Origin: Vulcanimicrobiaceae bacterium
GTDB taxonomy: Bacteria; Verrucomicrobiota; Verrucomicrobiia; Limisphaerales; Palsa-1400
Length of the DNA stretch: 64,000 bases
Assembly: GCA_035511075.1 (NCBI GenBank)
Contig: DATKFW010000005.1
Span: 86,108-150,107, forward strand
Reading direction: 5' to 3'
Shown: positions 8,491 through 18,914 of the stretch, piece after piece
Position numbering within the stretch: the stretch's first letter is position 1
Layout: each line of letters begins with the position of its first letter
The notes under the pieces: model-generated
Seen by the model: only the letters and a program-made list of their open reading frames with translations
Databases searched by the model: none
What the model was told of the DNA's origin: nothing
Made by a program: the position numbers and the translations under genes

Positions 8491-9812
8491 GATGGATTCT
8501 CGGCACGATCGCGCTGCTGGCGCTTGGTTTGGCGCTCCGGCTTAATCTGCTCATTTACGCGATGTACGTGCTTTTGGGCGTCCTGGCGCTGACCCGGTTT
8601 TTCACGCGGGCATGGGTCAACGCCATCGACGCGCGGCGGTTCGGCGGCGATGACGTTTTTGAAATCGGCGCGGAGGTGGACGTCAAAGTGGCTGTTCAAG
8701 ACACCGGCGCGTTATCCGTGCCGTGGCTGCTGCTTGAAGACGCCCTCTCGCGGGAAGCGCTGACGCAGACGCCGCCGCGCATCAAAGCCCAGGGCGGACG
8801 GCTCGTGTTGACGCGGCTGCTTCCCGGGCACACGCACGTGCTGGCTTACAAATTGCAATTCCTCATGCGGGGATACTATCAAATCGGACCACTGCTGGCG
8901 GAGACGGGCGACGTGTTTGGTCTGCACCGCCGTTTCCGGGTGATCACTGAACCCAACTTCGCGCTGGTGTTGCCCAAGGTGCTTCCGCTGCAAGGCTACA
9001 ATCTCAGCTCGCGCCGTCCAATTGGGGAAATCCGCCTCGCCCACCGGCTTTTCGAGGACCCGACGCGCATCGCCGGCGTGCGACCTTATCAGCACGGCGA
9101 TCCGCTCAACCGGATTCATTGGCGGGCCAGCGCGCGGACGGGGCAGTGGCAAAGCCGGCAATGCGAAAGCTCGTGCGTGGCCGGGGCCACGTTTCTACTT
9201 GACTTCCATGCGCGCAGTTTTTCCGGCCCAACTGCCACCGCGTCGGCCGAGCTGGCCATCGTCACCGTCGCCTCCCTGGCCAACGCGGTCTATCTCATGG
9301 GCCAGCAAATGGGTTTTATCAGCAACGGGCGGGACGCGGCGGACCGGATTCGCGAGGAGGGCTGGCGCGCCGAATTTCTGACGCGCAAAGACGCGATCCG
9401 CCGCGCCGGAAACCCAAAGGAAAACACGCGGCTTGTCCCGGTAATTATCAAACCGGCCAGGGGCGAAGACCAGTTCAACGCGATTCTCACCACGATGGCG
9501 CGCCTGGAACACACCGACGGCCTGGACCTGGCCGCCGCGGCGCGCGATGCGGCGGCCCGTATTTCTCGCGACACGACCGTTGTGGCAGTTTTGGGATCGG
9601 TGACGCTTGATATTGCGGCGGCGCTCGGAGACATTGCGCGGCGCGGTTTGCCGGTGACGGCGATTGTGGTATCGCTGAATATGGACGCGGTGCCGGATTG
9701 GGCCAAGCCGCCCGAGTGGGCGGAGATGCTGCTGGCGCAGGGGATCGATTTTCGGGTGGTCAACAGTGAGGAGTCGATCAGCAACCTGTGCGCCGAGGCG
9801 ATCGTCCGATGA
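8487..9812 (+). CDS. DUF58-domain protein (vWA-like partner of MoxR), membrane-anchored
   Basis: 441 aa. ATGA start/stop overlap with moxR. Has an N-terminal TM pair and the DUF58-type core VRPYQHGDPLNRIHWRASARTG. Confidence 0.85.
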   Translation: MRWILGTIALLALGLALRLNLLIYAMYVLLGVLALTRFFTRAWVNAIDARRFGGDDVFEIGAEVDVKVAVQDTGALSVPWLLLEDALSREALTQTPPRIKAQGGRLVLTRLLPGHTHVLAYKLQFLMRGYYQIGPLLAETGDVFGLHRRFRVITEPNFALVLPKVLPLQGYNLSSRRPIGEIRLAHRLFEDPTRIAGVRPYQHGDPLNRIHWRASARTGQWQSRQCESSCVAGATFLLDFHARSFSGPTATASAELAIVTVASLANAVYLMGQQMGFISNGRDAADRIREEGWRAEFLTRKDAIRRAGNPKENTRLVPVIIKPARGEDQFNAILTTMARLEHTDGLDLAAAARDAAARISRDTTVVAVLGSVTLDIAAALGDIARRGLPVTAIVVSLNMDAVPDWAKPPEWAEMLLAQGIDFRVVNSEESISNLCAEAIVR

Positions 9813-9813
9813 T

Positions 9814-11337
9814 ATGACATCGCGAAAACCGCAAAAAACCGTGGCCGACTACATGGTCGTGGCGCTGAGTCCGGCGCTGATCATGGCGCTGGTGGGGAGC
9901 ATTTGTTTTTTTCTTATCGAGGTGTTTTATCAAGGCCCAATGGGCGGGAGTGCGCGGTGGGTGATGTTCTGGTTTGTGGCCGCGATAGTCCTGGTGGCGC
10001 GCATCGCGATTGAAAAATCCTCCGAATACGCGGGTGTTTACGGACTGGCGCTTGCTGCGGCGGTGTGGATCTACCTGGTCCGAACTTCGCCGTCCTATCT
10101 GTTGAGCATGCTGTTGCTGGGGATCGTCTGGTTTTGCGCTCACAAATTGGTCTGGGATTGCACGCTGATCGACGATGACCAGGATTCTTCCGGGCAGGGA
10201 TTGCTGCAAAAACCGGGGCAGGAGCCTAAAACGGATTCGCCGGCCAAAACGAAACCGAAACGTTCGGCATCCGGTTCGCCGGGACGATGGGTGGTCTATT
10301 TTTCGCTGGCGGCGTTGCCGCTTTTTGGGATTGGACAGGTTTTGCTGCCCGCCAGCGCGGCTGGTTCGCACCGGCTAGGCCTGGCGTTTCTGGTCGTTTA
10401 CATGGCGTCCGCGCTCGGATTGCTCGTCACGACAAGTTTTCTCGGGCTGCGCCGCTATTTGCGACAGCGTTACCTGCAAATGCCGGCATCGATTGCCTTT
10501 GCGTGGGTCAAATTCGGCGGCGGTATCGCCGTGCTCATCGTCATTGGCGCGTTGTTCGTTCCACGGCCGGGAGCCAACGCCTTCTGGAGCGCGTTTCGGC
10601 GTCAAGCGGACTACCGGTTGCGGCAAGCCAGCCAGTATGCCGCCGGCCGCAATCCCCACGGCGAAGGCGAGGGGCGGACCGGAAACGAAACGGGCGCCAC
10701 AAAAAATAAGGAGCAAGCCGATGCTGATTCCGGTCCGCGGGAAAAATCCGCCTCCGGAACGCCCCAACCCGGTCAAGGCCCCGCCGTTCCAAAACCGAGT
10801 CCTGTTCCGGCGGACTCGGTCGGGCGCGTTTATAGGCTGCTGCGGATGGCGTTGCTGGCCGGCGCGGCAATCATTGCGTGTTGGTGGCTGGCGCGGTGTC
10901 GCCATTTGTTGTTGGAAATGCTTAGTTCTTGCGTTGCAGCGATCCGGGTTTTTTTCCGCCAGCTTCTCGACCTGATTCCGGCCCGCAAACCTTCCCGGCC
11001 GTCAATCGCGGATGCTCCCCGGCGGCCGGCGCGTCCGCTGGCCGATTTCAAGAACCCGTTTTTCACAGACAAAGCGCGCGCCCGTCCGCCGGCGGAGATT
11101 ATACTTTACACTTATGACGCCCTTCAGGCCTGGACGCACGAGCAGGGAATGGAGCCGCGCCCGGAACAAACGCCGCGGGAGTTTTGCGAGCGGGCAGGTG
11201 AACGATTGCCGGAATTGATGTCGCCATTGCGCCACCTGTCTTTTTTGTACGCGCACGCCGCGTACGGCGAACATCTGCCGGCGGAGTGCAATCTTGAGCC
11301 GCTGAAGGAAATCTGGCGCCGCCTGACCTTGAGTTGA
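9814..11337 (+). CDS. Polytopic membrane protein with C-terminal DUF4129-like domain
   Basis: ATG at 9814, 1 nt after the DUF58 stop; the ORF-track start at 9766 overlaps DUF58. Several TM helices are followed by a Pro/Gly/charged linker. The C-terminus (EQTPREFCERAGERLPELMSPLRHLSFLYAHAAYGEH) has the pattern seen in DUF4129 proteins of MoxR operons (from memory). Confidence 0.62.
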   Translation: MTSRKPQKTVADYMVVALSPALIMALVGSICFFLIEVFYQGPMGGSARWVMFWFVAAIVLVARIAIEKSSEYAGVYGLALAAAVWIYLVRTSPSYLLSMLLLGIVWFCAHKLVWDCTLIDDDQDSSGQGLLQKPGQEPKTDSPAKTKPKRSASGSPGRWVVYFSLAALPLFGIGQVLLPASAAGSHRLGLAFLVVYMASALGLLVTTSFLGLRRYLRQRYLQMPASIAFAWVKFGGGIAVLIVIGALFVPRPGANAFWSAFRRQADYRLRQASQYAAGRNPHGEGEGRTGNETGATKNKEQADADSGPREKSASGTPQPGQGPAVPKPSPVPADSVGRVYRLLRMALLAGAAIIACWWLARCRHLLLEMLSSCVAAIRVFFRQLLDLIPARKPSRPSIADAPRRPARPLADFKNPFFTDKARARPPAEIILYTYDALQAWTHEQGMEPRPEQTPREFCERAGERLPELMSPLRHLSFLYAHAAYGEHLPAECNLEPLKEIWRRLTLS

Positions 11338-11407
11338 GAGCGCCAATTGAGAGGGCAGGGATCGGGATTAAGGTTCAACGTTGGGCCGGCATCGTTGTCC
11401 AAGATGA

Positions 11408-12190
11408 ATGAGAGTCAGGTTTGGCAATATCACACGGCGGCGGTTCTTGCTTTTGGCCGCGCTGGCTGCGCCCGCGGTCGTTTGCGCCGACGCAAAATGG
11501 ATCGAGCCGCACTGGGTCAAGCTGCGGTCCATCAAGCTGGGCCAGGACACGCCAACGCATCGGATCGTCCAGATTTCCGATATCCATCATAAAGGAGACA
11601 GGCCTTATCTGGAATCGGTCGTGCGAAAAGTCAACGCGCTCTCGCCCGACGCGGTTTGCTTTACCGGGGACCTGATCGAACACAAGGAATTCGTGCCCGA
11701 GGCGCTCGAAATTCTTGAGGCGATCAAATCACCGGTCTACGGCGTACCGGGCAACCACGACTATTGGTGCCGGCCGGTTTTTGGCGATTATAGAAAATCC
11801 TTCGCGCGCACAGGCGGAGCCTGGTTGATGGACTCGCAAGTGTTGACCGGGGATGGGAAGATTCAAATCAGCGGCGCAACTTGTTTGCGCGGCTCGCCTG
11901 TCTCGCTGGTTCCGAGGGCGGGCGTGAAGAACATCCTACTCTTGCATTATCCCCTGCTGGCGGAACGCGTCAAACAAGAGTTCGATCTGATGCTGGCGGG
12001 GCATTCGCACGGCGGCCAGGTGCGAATTCCATTTTACGGGGCATTGATCGTTCCGTTTTGGGTGGGCCGTTACCAAATCGGGATGTTTCAACTTCCGGCG
12101 GGGCCGCTGTATGTCAATCCCGGCATTGGCTGGTTATGCACACCCATTCGTTTCAATTGCAGGCCGGAGATTACCGTGTTTGAGATATAA
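11408..12190 (+). CDS. Metallophosphoesterase (calcineurin-like, YaeI-type) with twin-arginine signal
   Basis: 260 aa. Tat-like N-terminus (ITRRRFLLLAALAAPAVVCADA). Metallophosphatase motifs are present: SDIHH, GDLIEH, GNHDYW, AGHSHGGQ. Confidence 0.85.
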   Translation: MRVRFGNITRRRFLLLAALAAPAVVCADAKWIEPHWVKLRSIKLGQDTPTHRIVQISDIHHKGDRPYLESVVRKVNALSPDAVCFTGDLIEHKEFVPEALEILEAIKSPVYGVPGNHDYWCRPVFGDYRKSFARTGGAWLMDSQVLTGDGKIQISGATCLRGSPVSLVPRAGVKNILLLHYPLLAERVKQEFDLMLAGHSHGGQVRIPFYGALIVPFWVGRYQIGMFQLPAGPLYVNPGIGWLCTPIRFNCRPEITVFEI

Positions 12191-12328
12191 GATGGCCGGA
12201 TGAAACGTAGACAAGAGAACTCATCATGAACCGCCAAGACCTGCCTGCCCTGGGCCGCTGACCAATCCCAAAAACTGCCTTGCTTTTGTGCCGGGAACGG
12301 ATAGCAATGACCCGGAGACCAAGCCAAT

Positions 12329-13330
12329 ATGAATACCGAAGAGCAAATTGACTCGTTCCGCCGGACCTACGAATCTTTGCGCGCGGAAATCGCAAAGGTG
12401 ATCGTCGGCCACCGCGAGATTGTCGAGGGCACTTTGACCGCCATTTTCGGTGGCGGCCATGTTCTGTTGGAGGGCGTGCCGGGACTGGGAAAGACGCTCT
12501 TGGTGCGCACGTTGAGCGAAGTCCTCGACATGAGCTTTAATCGCATCCAATTCACGCCCGATCTCATGCCGGCGGACATTCTGGGCACCAACATCGTCAT
12601 GGAAATTGCCGGTGGTCGGCGCGAATTTCAATTTCAACGCGGCCCGATTTTCGCGCACCTCGTACTTGCCGACGAAATCAATCGGGCGACGCCAAAAACG
12701 CAGTCCGCCATGCTCGAGGCGATGCAGGAAAAGTCCGTCACCGCCGGAGGCGAAATCCGCAAACTGGCCGAGCCGTTTTTCGTGCTGGCCACGCAGAATC
12801 CGATCGACCAGGAAGGGACCTATCCTCTGCCGGAGGCGCAATTGGACCGGTTTTTCTTTAAACTGGTGGTGGGTTACCCGACCGGCGCGGAATTGAACGA
12901 AGTATTGACGCGCACGACCGAGGGCTGCCGGCCGGAACTGGCCCGGGTGGTGGCCAAGGAGCAAATCGTCGAATTGCAAAAACTGGTGCGCCAGGTGCCG
13001 GTGGCCTCGCACGTCAAGGATTATGCGGTGCGGCTGGTCCTGGCAACGCATCCGAAATCGGAAACGGCCGCGCCGATTGCCAACCAATACCTGCGCTTTG
13101 GCAGCAGTCCGCGCGGAGGCCAGACGCTTTTGTTGGGGGCCAAAGTCCGCGCGCTGGCCCGCGGACGCTTTAACGTGAGTTTTGAGGACATTCAGGCCGT
13201 CGCCGCGGCGACTCTGCGCCATCGGCTCATTTTGAATTTCGAGGCGGAAGCGGAGGGGATCACCACCGACCAGATCATCTCGCAAATTCTTAAGGACGTG
13301 CCGAAGGACGCCGCCGCCGTCGAGGCGTAA
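12329..13330 (+). CDS. MoxR-family AAA+ ATPase (second copy, canonical length)
   Basis: 333 aa. Motifs: LEGVPGLGKT, LLADEINRATPKTQSAMLEAM, FVLATQNPIDQEGTYPLPEAQLDRF. Confidence 0.92.
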   Translation: MNTEEQIDSFRRTYESLRAEIAKVIVGHREIVEGTLTAIFGGGHVLLEGVPGLGKTLLVRTLSEVLDMSFNRIQFTPDLMPADILGTNIVMEIAGGRREFQFQRGPIFAHLVLADEINRATPKTQSAMLEAMQEKSVTAGGEIRKLAEPFFVLATQNPIDQEGTYPLPEAQLDRFFFKLVVGYPTGAELNEVLTRTTEGCRPELARVVAKEQIVELQKLVRQVPVASHVKDYAVRLVLATHPKSETAAPIANQYLRFGSSPRGGQTLLLGAKVRALARGRFNVSFEDIQAVAAATLRHRLILNFEAEAEGITTDQIISQILKDVPKDAAAVEA

Positions 13331-13340
13331 CCCACGCACC

Positions 13341-14267
13341 ATGGCGCTGCTGACTCCTGAACTTCTGCGACGGCTGGAACAATTCCAACTGCTGGCCGTG
13401 CGCCGCTCCAAGAGTTCGGCCAAGGGCGAGCGGCGCAGCAAGGCGCGCGGCCAATCGGTCGAATTCGCCGATTTTCGCAATTATGTTCCCGGAGACGATT
13501 TTCGTTATCTGGACTGGAACCTGTACGGCCGCCTGGACAAATTGTTTCTCAAACTCTATGAGGAGGAACGCGAACTGCCGGTGCGCGTCTTTCTGGATGC
13601 CAGCGAATCGATGACGTTTGGGACGCCGCCGAAATTCGACTTCGCGCGGCAGATCGCGGCGGCAGCGGGCTATGTGGCCTTGTGCGGGTTTGATCGCGTC
13701 ACCGTCCACATTTTTCCGGAATTGAATCCGGGGATCGAAGGAGTGGACCCGGCGGTTTTGAGCGCGGAATTGGCGGCGCGCGGCGGATTGCGCGCGGTGC
13801 GGGGTCGCAAATCATCGATTCCATTTTTCCAAAATCTTTCGCAATTGAAGGCGCGGGGAGCGGGGGACTTGAACGAGGGACTGCGCCGGGGGGCGCTGGC
13901 CTCGCGGCAAACCGGCGTGGCCCTGGTACTGAGCGATTTCTTGGACCCGGCCGGATACGAGACCGGATTGAACGCGCTGGTGGGCCGGGGTTTTCAAGTC
14001 AATGTGGTTCAAATCCTGGCGCCGGAAGAGTTGAATCCGCCGAGTTATGGTGACCTGCGGCTGGTGGACTCGGAAACCGGCGGTTTGCAGGAGGTGACTT
14101 TTGGCAAGTATCGCCTCAAGGCGTACCAACAAACCGTGCAAAATTTTTGCCAGCGGTTGCGCGAGTACTGCCTGGGCCGTGGAATGAGTTTCTTCAGCGT
14201 CAGTTCCGACACGTCGCTCGAACAATTGTTGCTCAAACAGCTCCGTCAGGCCGAAGTGTGGGGTTAA
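13341..14267 (+). CDS. DUF58-domain protein (second copy, soluble type)
   Basis: 308 aa. Motif FADFRNYVPGDDFRYLDWNLYGRLDKLFLKLYEEE followed by a vWA-like DASESM. Lies 10 nt downstream of the second moxR. Confidence 0.85.
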   Translation: MALLTPELLRRLEQFQLLAVRRSKSSAKGERRSKARGQSVEFADFRNYVPGDDFRYLDWNLYGRLDKLFLKLYEEERELPVRVFLDASESMTFGTPPKFDFARQIAAAAGYVALCGFDRVTVHIFPELNPGIEGVDPAVLSAELAARGGLRAVRGRKSSIPFFQNLSQLKARGAGDLNEGLRRGALASRQTGVALVLSDFLDPAGYETGLNALVGRGFQVNVVQILAPEELNPPSYGDLRLVDSETGGLQEVTFGKYRLKAYQQTVQNFCQRLREYCLGRGMSFFSVSSDTSLEQLLLKQLRQAEVWG

Positions 14268-14319
14268 TATTGGGAAAGGCGGATAGCTGAGGGCTAAAGT
14301 CTGAAACACGGAGCGTATT

Positions 14320-17300
14320 TTAATGGAAATCATGCGAAGCGGCGGCGGCCAGGTTGTTCCGCGCCATGGCGGCGATGCGGCAGGCTTTGATGACGATGAC
14401 GTTGTCGGTGTTTTGCACGGGGCCTTCGATTTCCAAAAACGGTTCCTGCGTGATGACAAGCCGCAGTTCCTCGAAAAGTTTGGGCGTGACGATGGCGTTG
14501 CTCACGCCCGTTTCATCTTCCAGGCTGATGAACACAAAACCTTTGGCCGTGCCGGGGCGCTGGCGGCAAATGACGTTGCCGGCAATCCGCACGATCTGTC
14601 CGTGCCGCGCCTTGGGAAGATCGCCCGCGGTCCAGACGCCGGGCAATTGCGCGCGCGCCAATGCCATCGGATGCGGGCCGGTGGTTAAATGCATTCCCCG
14701 GTAATCCGCCCTGAGCCGTTCCATCGAATCCATCGCGGCCAGCGGGGATGTTTCCGGGGCCGGTTGCGAGCGGCGTGCGGCCCAGGCAAACAAATCGTCG
14801 TCAAGGCTGTCTTTCTCCACCTGCCAGAGGGCGTCGCGGCGATGGCGGGCCAGGCAATTCAACGCGCCAATGTCCGCCAGCGCGCGCAATTCGGTTTTGT
14901 TGAGGCCGCAACGCCATTTGAAATCCTCCATCGACGCAAATGGAACGCGTTGCCGTTGGTCCAACATTTGCCGCGCGTGCTCGTGGTGAAGTCCTTGCAC
15001 GACGCACAGGCCAAGCCGGATGGCGTTATCCGGTTCGATGACGCACGTGAGATCGGAGCGGGCCGCGCAGACGGGGCGAATTTTGACGCCGTGCCGTTTG
15101 GCGTCCCTGACAAGGGTGGCGGAGGAATAGAAGCCCATCGGCTGGTTGTTGAGCAAGGACGCATAAAACTCCGGCGCGCGGTGCGTCTTGAGCCACGCGC
15201 TGCCGTAGGCCAGGATCGCGAAGCTGATCGCGTGGGACTCGGGAAATCCATAAAGGGCGAAGGAGGAGACGAATTGCAGGATTTTTTCAATGATATCGGG
15301 AGCAATGCCCTTTGCCGTCATGTTGGCGCGCATTTTGGCGGCCACCTTTTGCATCCGCTCGCCGGAACGGTAGGAACTGACGGCGCGGCGCAATTCCTCA
15401 GCTTCGCTGCCGGAAAAATCGGCCATGACCATGGCGATTTGCAAAAGTTGTTCCTGGAAAAGAGGCACGCCGAGTGTGCGTTCGAGCACGGGACGCAGCC
15501 GTTCGTCATAATAAATAACAACCTCCCGCCCGGCGCGGCGCGCCAGATAGGGATGAACCATGTCGCCCTGGATCGGTCCGGGGCGGATGATCGCCACTTC
15601 GACCACGACGTCATAAAAGCATTTCGGTTTGAGGCGGGGCAAGGTGGCCATTTGCGCGCGGCTTTCGATTTGGAACACGCCAATGGTGTCGGCCTCGCAC
15701 ATCATTTTGAAGGTGGCGGGGTCGTCGTTGGGAATTTTTGCCAGGTCAACCGGATGGCCGCGCCGAGCGGTCAGTTCGATGGCGTCCTGCAGGACGGACA
15801 TCATCCCCAGGCCGAGCAAATCGACTTTGATGATGCCCAGGTCTTCGCAATCGTCCTTGTCCCATTGCGCCACGACGCGCCCCGGCATCGACGCGTTTTC
15901 GAGGGGGACAATGGAATCCAATTGGCCCTGGCAAATAATCATCCCGCCGGAATGCTGGCCGAGATGGCGCGGCAGCGAATAAATCTGCCCGTAGAGCGAC
16001 GCGAAGGCTGCGGCGCGCGGGTGTTCACCCGGCAGTCCCGCCTGCGCCATTTGCGCCCCTAATTCCAGCGTGTGCGGAAAATCGCCGTGGGCGAAAAGAT
16101 TGGAAAAGCGATCCAGCAGGTCAGCCGAGAAATTGAGCGCTTTGCCGATTTCGCGCGCGGCGCTGCGTCCGCGATAGGTGATGACATTGGCGGTCATGGC
16201 GGCGCCGTGTTTGCCGTAGCGGCGATAGACTTCCTGGATGACGCGTTCGCGGCGGTCGCCGCTGGGCAGGTCAATATCGATGTCCGGCCAGCCTTTGCGG
16301 CCTTCGCTCAAAAAACGCTCGAAGAGCGTGTGATATTTGAGCGGGTCCACCGCGGTGATGCCGAGGCAGAAACAGACGGTGCTGTTGGCGGCGCTGCCGC
16401 GCCCCTGCGCCATGATGTTGTTTTGGCCGCAGAATCCGACCAGGTCGGCAACAATTAAAAAATACCCCGCGAAACCGAGTTTTTCGATCAAGCCCAGTTC
16501 ACTCTCGATTTGACCGGCGACTTTGACGGGGATGGCGCCGTCGTAACGCCGCCGCGCCCCGGCCAGGGTTTGCAGGCGGAGCAGACCGTCCATTGTTTCC
16601 CCGGCCGCAACCGGGAAACGCGGAAATTGGTAGCCCAGATCGGACAGGTTGAAACGAAGGCGGTCCGCCAGGGCGACGGTGTTGCGGAGGGCTTGTGGCA
16701 AATCATGGAACAACGCCGCCATGTCCGTCGGCCGTTTCAAAAAGCGCTCGCCATTGGGCGCAAGCAGCCGTCCGGCGGCGTCCAAATGCGTGTGATGACG
16801 GATGCAGGTCAAAACGTCCAGCGCGCCCCGTCCGGCGGCTCGCGCGTGGAGGACGCCATTGCAGGCGAGCAAGGGGAGGGAGAATTGCCTGGCAAGCTGG
16901 ACAATGCCGGCATTGATGCGTTCCTCCCCGCGCAGATAGTGGCGCTGGATTTCCACGAACAGGTGGTCGCGCCCGAAAATTCGCAGAAGTTGTTCAATGC
17001 ATTGGGCCGGTTTTTGCGCGCCGCCAATGTTCGCGCGTTCCGCCCGGATGGCGCGGATCAACGGGCCTTCCTCGTCGCCCGTCAGCGCGACCAGGCCCCC
17101 GGCGAATTCCGGCCATTGGCTCCACGCCACTTTGCTTTGCCCCTTGGGGGCGCGGAGATGGGCGCGGGTCAGCAGGCGGCAGAGGTTCTGGTAACCGGCG
17201 CGGTTTTCCACCAGCACCGGTACCACCGCGCCGTCCTCCATCGTGACTTCCGCGCCGATGATCGGGCGGATGCCGTTTTCCCTGGCCGCGTTGAAAAAGC

Positions 17301-17448
17301 GCGGGGCGCCATAGACCCCATCGCGGTCGCAGAGGGCCATGGCCTCCATGCCCAGGCCCGCGGCGGTCGCCGCCATCTCCTCGGGCGAGGAGGCCCCGCG
17401 GAGAAAACTAAAGGCGCTGCGCGCGTGGAGTTCAATATACATTGTCAA
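14320..17448 (-). CDS. dnaE2: Error-prone DNA polymerase III alpha homolog DnaE2 (ImuC)
   Basis: 1042 aa. PHP-domain start YIELHARSAFSFLRGASSPEEM, DnaE core, and no long C-terminal tail. Sits directly downstream of imuB with a 4-nt overlap. Confidence 0.93.
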   Translation of the reverse strand: MTMYIELHARSAFSFLRGASSPEEMAATAAGLGMEAMALCDRDGVYGAPRFFNAARENGIRPIIGAEVTMEDGAVVPVLVENRAGYQNLCRLLTRAHLRAPKGQSKVAWSQWPEFAGGLVALTGDEEGPLIRAIRAERANIGGAQKPAQCIEQLLRIFGRDHLFVEIQRHYLRGEERINAGIVQLARQFSLPLLACNGVLHARAAGRGALDVLTCIRHHTHLDAAGRLLAPNGERFLKRPTDMAALFHDLPQALRNTVALADRLRFNLSDLGYQFPRFPVAAGETMDGLLRLQTLAGARRRYDGAIPVKVAGQIESELGLIEKLGFAGYFLIVADLVGFCGQNNIMAQGRGSAANSTVCFCLGITAVDPLKYHTLFERFLSEGRKGWPDIDIDLPSGDRRERVIQEVYRRYGKHGAAMTANVITYRGRSAAREIGKALNFSADLLDRFSNLFAHGDFPHTLELGAQMAQAGLPGEHPRAAAFASLYGQIYSLPRHLGQHSGGMIICQGQLDSIVPLENASMPGRVVAQWDKDDCEDLGIIKVDLLGLGMMSVLQDAIELTARRGHPVDLAKIPNDDPATFKMMCEADTIGVFQIESRAQMATLPRLKPKCFYDVVVEVAIIRPGPIQGDMVHPYLARRAGREVVIYYDERLRPVLERTLGVPLFQEQLLQIAMVMADFSGSEAEELRRAVSSYRSGERMQKVAAKMRANMTAKGIAPDIIEKILQFVSSFALYGFPESHAISFAILAYGSAWLKTHRAPEFYASLLNNQPMGFYSSATLVRDAKRHGVKIRPVCAARSDLTCVIEPDNAIRLGLCVVQGLHHEHARQMLDQRQRVPFASMEDFKWRCGLNKTELRALADIGALNCLARHRRDALWQVEKDSLDDDLFAWAARRSQPAPETSPLAAMDSMERLRADYRGMHLTTGPHPMALARAQLPGVWTAGDLPKARHGQIVRIAGNVICRQRPGTAKGFVFISLEDETGVSNAIVTPKLFEELRLVITQEPFLEIEGPVQNTDNVIVIKACRIAAMARNNLAAAASHDFH

Positions 17449-18914
17449 TCAAAAATACCATCGACGAACCATTCTTCCTCTTGGCGCGCCAGGCGAAGGA
17501 GTTCGCCGTGGTGGGTTTGGACGTCCCATTCATCACGCGTCCACGCTTCCCGGTCCCACCAATGGCCCGAAAGACGCCACGGGCCGCGGACGGCGGCGAT
17601 GGGTCCGGTGAAAGCCGGGCTGCGCAAAAGCGCCGGTTTCTCCGCCCGCATTTCCACGGTGGCCGGCAGGGGAGGACGGAAGCGGCGCAATGCCGGCCCA
17701 ATGGACGGCTCCTGGTTTTGCGCGGCGCAAGGCTCCTGGTCGCGCGGCGTGGTGATTCCCTCAAGGTCCATGCGAAAACTGTCCGGCCGGTGCGTCTCCA
17801 CCAGGCGCGGCGTGCCAACGCGATGGCTTCCCAGCAGCGCCGTCAGACGGGCCAGCGTCTGGTGGAATTGCGCCGGGTCGCGCAGTGCCGCGTTGAACAA
17901 GACGAATTGGTAATTTGCCGCCCGCCCCGGCCTGGCGCCAAGCCGCAACGAGCAAATCGGGGAATCGGTGCGGACATTCTCAAGATGCGTTTGCAATGCG
18001 CGGAAAAGTGTCTCCACGTCGCGCGTCGGGGCTGGAATGACGAACTGCCGCTCGTAGGCCTCGCCGGAGGCAAGGTCCAGGCGCAGTTGCAAGTCCGCCA
18101 CTACCAGATAAAGCAATTCCAGTCGGCGCGCCAATTGCTCGACAAACCGCCGCAGGACAAAGAGCAGCGGTTGAAGTGATTCCACCGGCGGTTCAAACTC
18201 CATCGCCTCTTCAAATATCTCAGCCGGAACGACCCGATTGAGCGGGCGAACACGGCGGCTGGAGGCCAGGTCGAACAAATCGACCGCCTCGGGGCCGAAA
18301 CGCTGGGCGATATTTTCCTTTCCCAGGGCCAGAAACGCGCCAACGGTCCGGATGCCCCACATTTCCAGGATTTCCAAAATGTCCGCGGCGGGTTCCAAAA
18401 ATTCCAGGGGCAGCGCCGCCACGAACGGCTCCGCGTCTTGCGCCAATAAAAATGGCCGGGCCTGTTTGGCCCCCAGCCAGGCCAGGTGCGGCGTTTCAGC
18501 GACGCCGATTTGCGCCTGCAACTGTAATTGTTCCAAAGCGTCAAGAATGTTTTTTGCCCAATTCTGCGGATCGAGCGCCGCCGGCAGGCCCATTAAATCC
18601 AGCGTGCAAACGCCTTGCGCGGTGGCTTCGATAGTGGGGGAAAAGCCGTAGGCGCATTGCAGGAGCATCGCGGTGACAGTCTCCTCCCGTGCGCGGGAGC
18701 GCGTTTTGAGGACAAGATCGCTGCAACGTGCCATGGCCTGGGTGGAGGTTTGCCCCCGGCAAACTCCCGCCTCGCGGGCCGGACCGGTCAATTGCAGGAC
18801 CGCCGCCTTGACCGGCGCGTCGTCGAGCAGCGCGACCGGGAGCGAATGCAATTCCGGCTCCAGCCGCAGCGCGGCTTGCAACTCAAAATCGGGAATATAA
18901 ATGACGGCAAACAT
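17445..18914 (-). CDS. imuB: ImuB, Y-family-polymerase-like mutasome subunit
   Basis: 489 aa. N-terminus MFAVIYIPDFELQAALR... resembles ImuB/DinP-like proteins. Position between imuA and dnaE2, with overlapping start/stop codons on both sides. Confidence 0.85.
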   Translation of the reverse strand: MFAVIYIPDFELQAALRLEPELHSLPVALLDDAPVKAAVLQLTGPAREAGVCRGQTSTQAMARCSDLVLKTRSRAREETVTAMLLQCAYGFSPTIEATAQGVCTLDLMGLPAALDPQNWAKNILDALEQLQLQAQIGVAETPHLAWLGAKQARPFLLAQDAEPFVAALPLEFLEPAADILEILEMWGIRTVGAFLALGKENIAQRFGPEAVDLFDLASSRRVRPLNRVVPAEIFEEAMEFEPPVESLQPLLFVLRRFVEQLARRLELLYLVVADLQLRLDLASGEAYERQFVIPAPTRDVETLFRALQTHLENVRTDSPICSLRLGARPGRAANYQFVLFNAALRDPAQFHQTLARLTALLGSHRVGTPRLVETHRPDSFRMDLEGITTPRDQEPCAAQNQEPSIGPALRRFRPPLPATVEMRAEKPALLRSPAFTGPIAAVRGPWRLSGHWWDREAWTRDEWDVQTHHGELLRLARQEEEWFVDGIFD

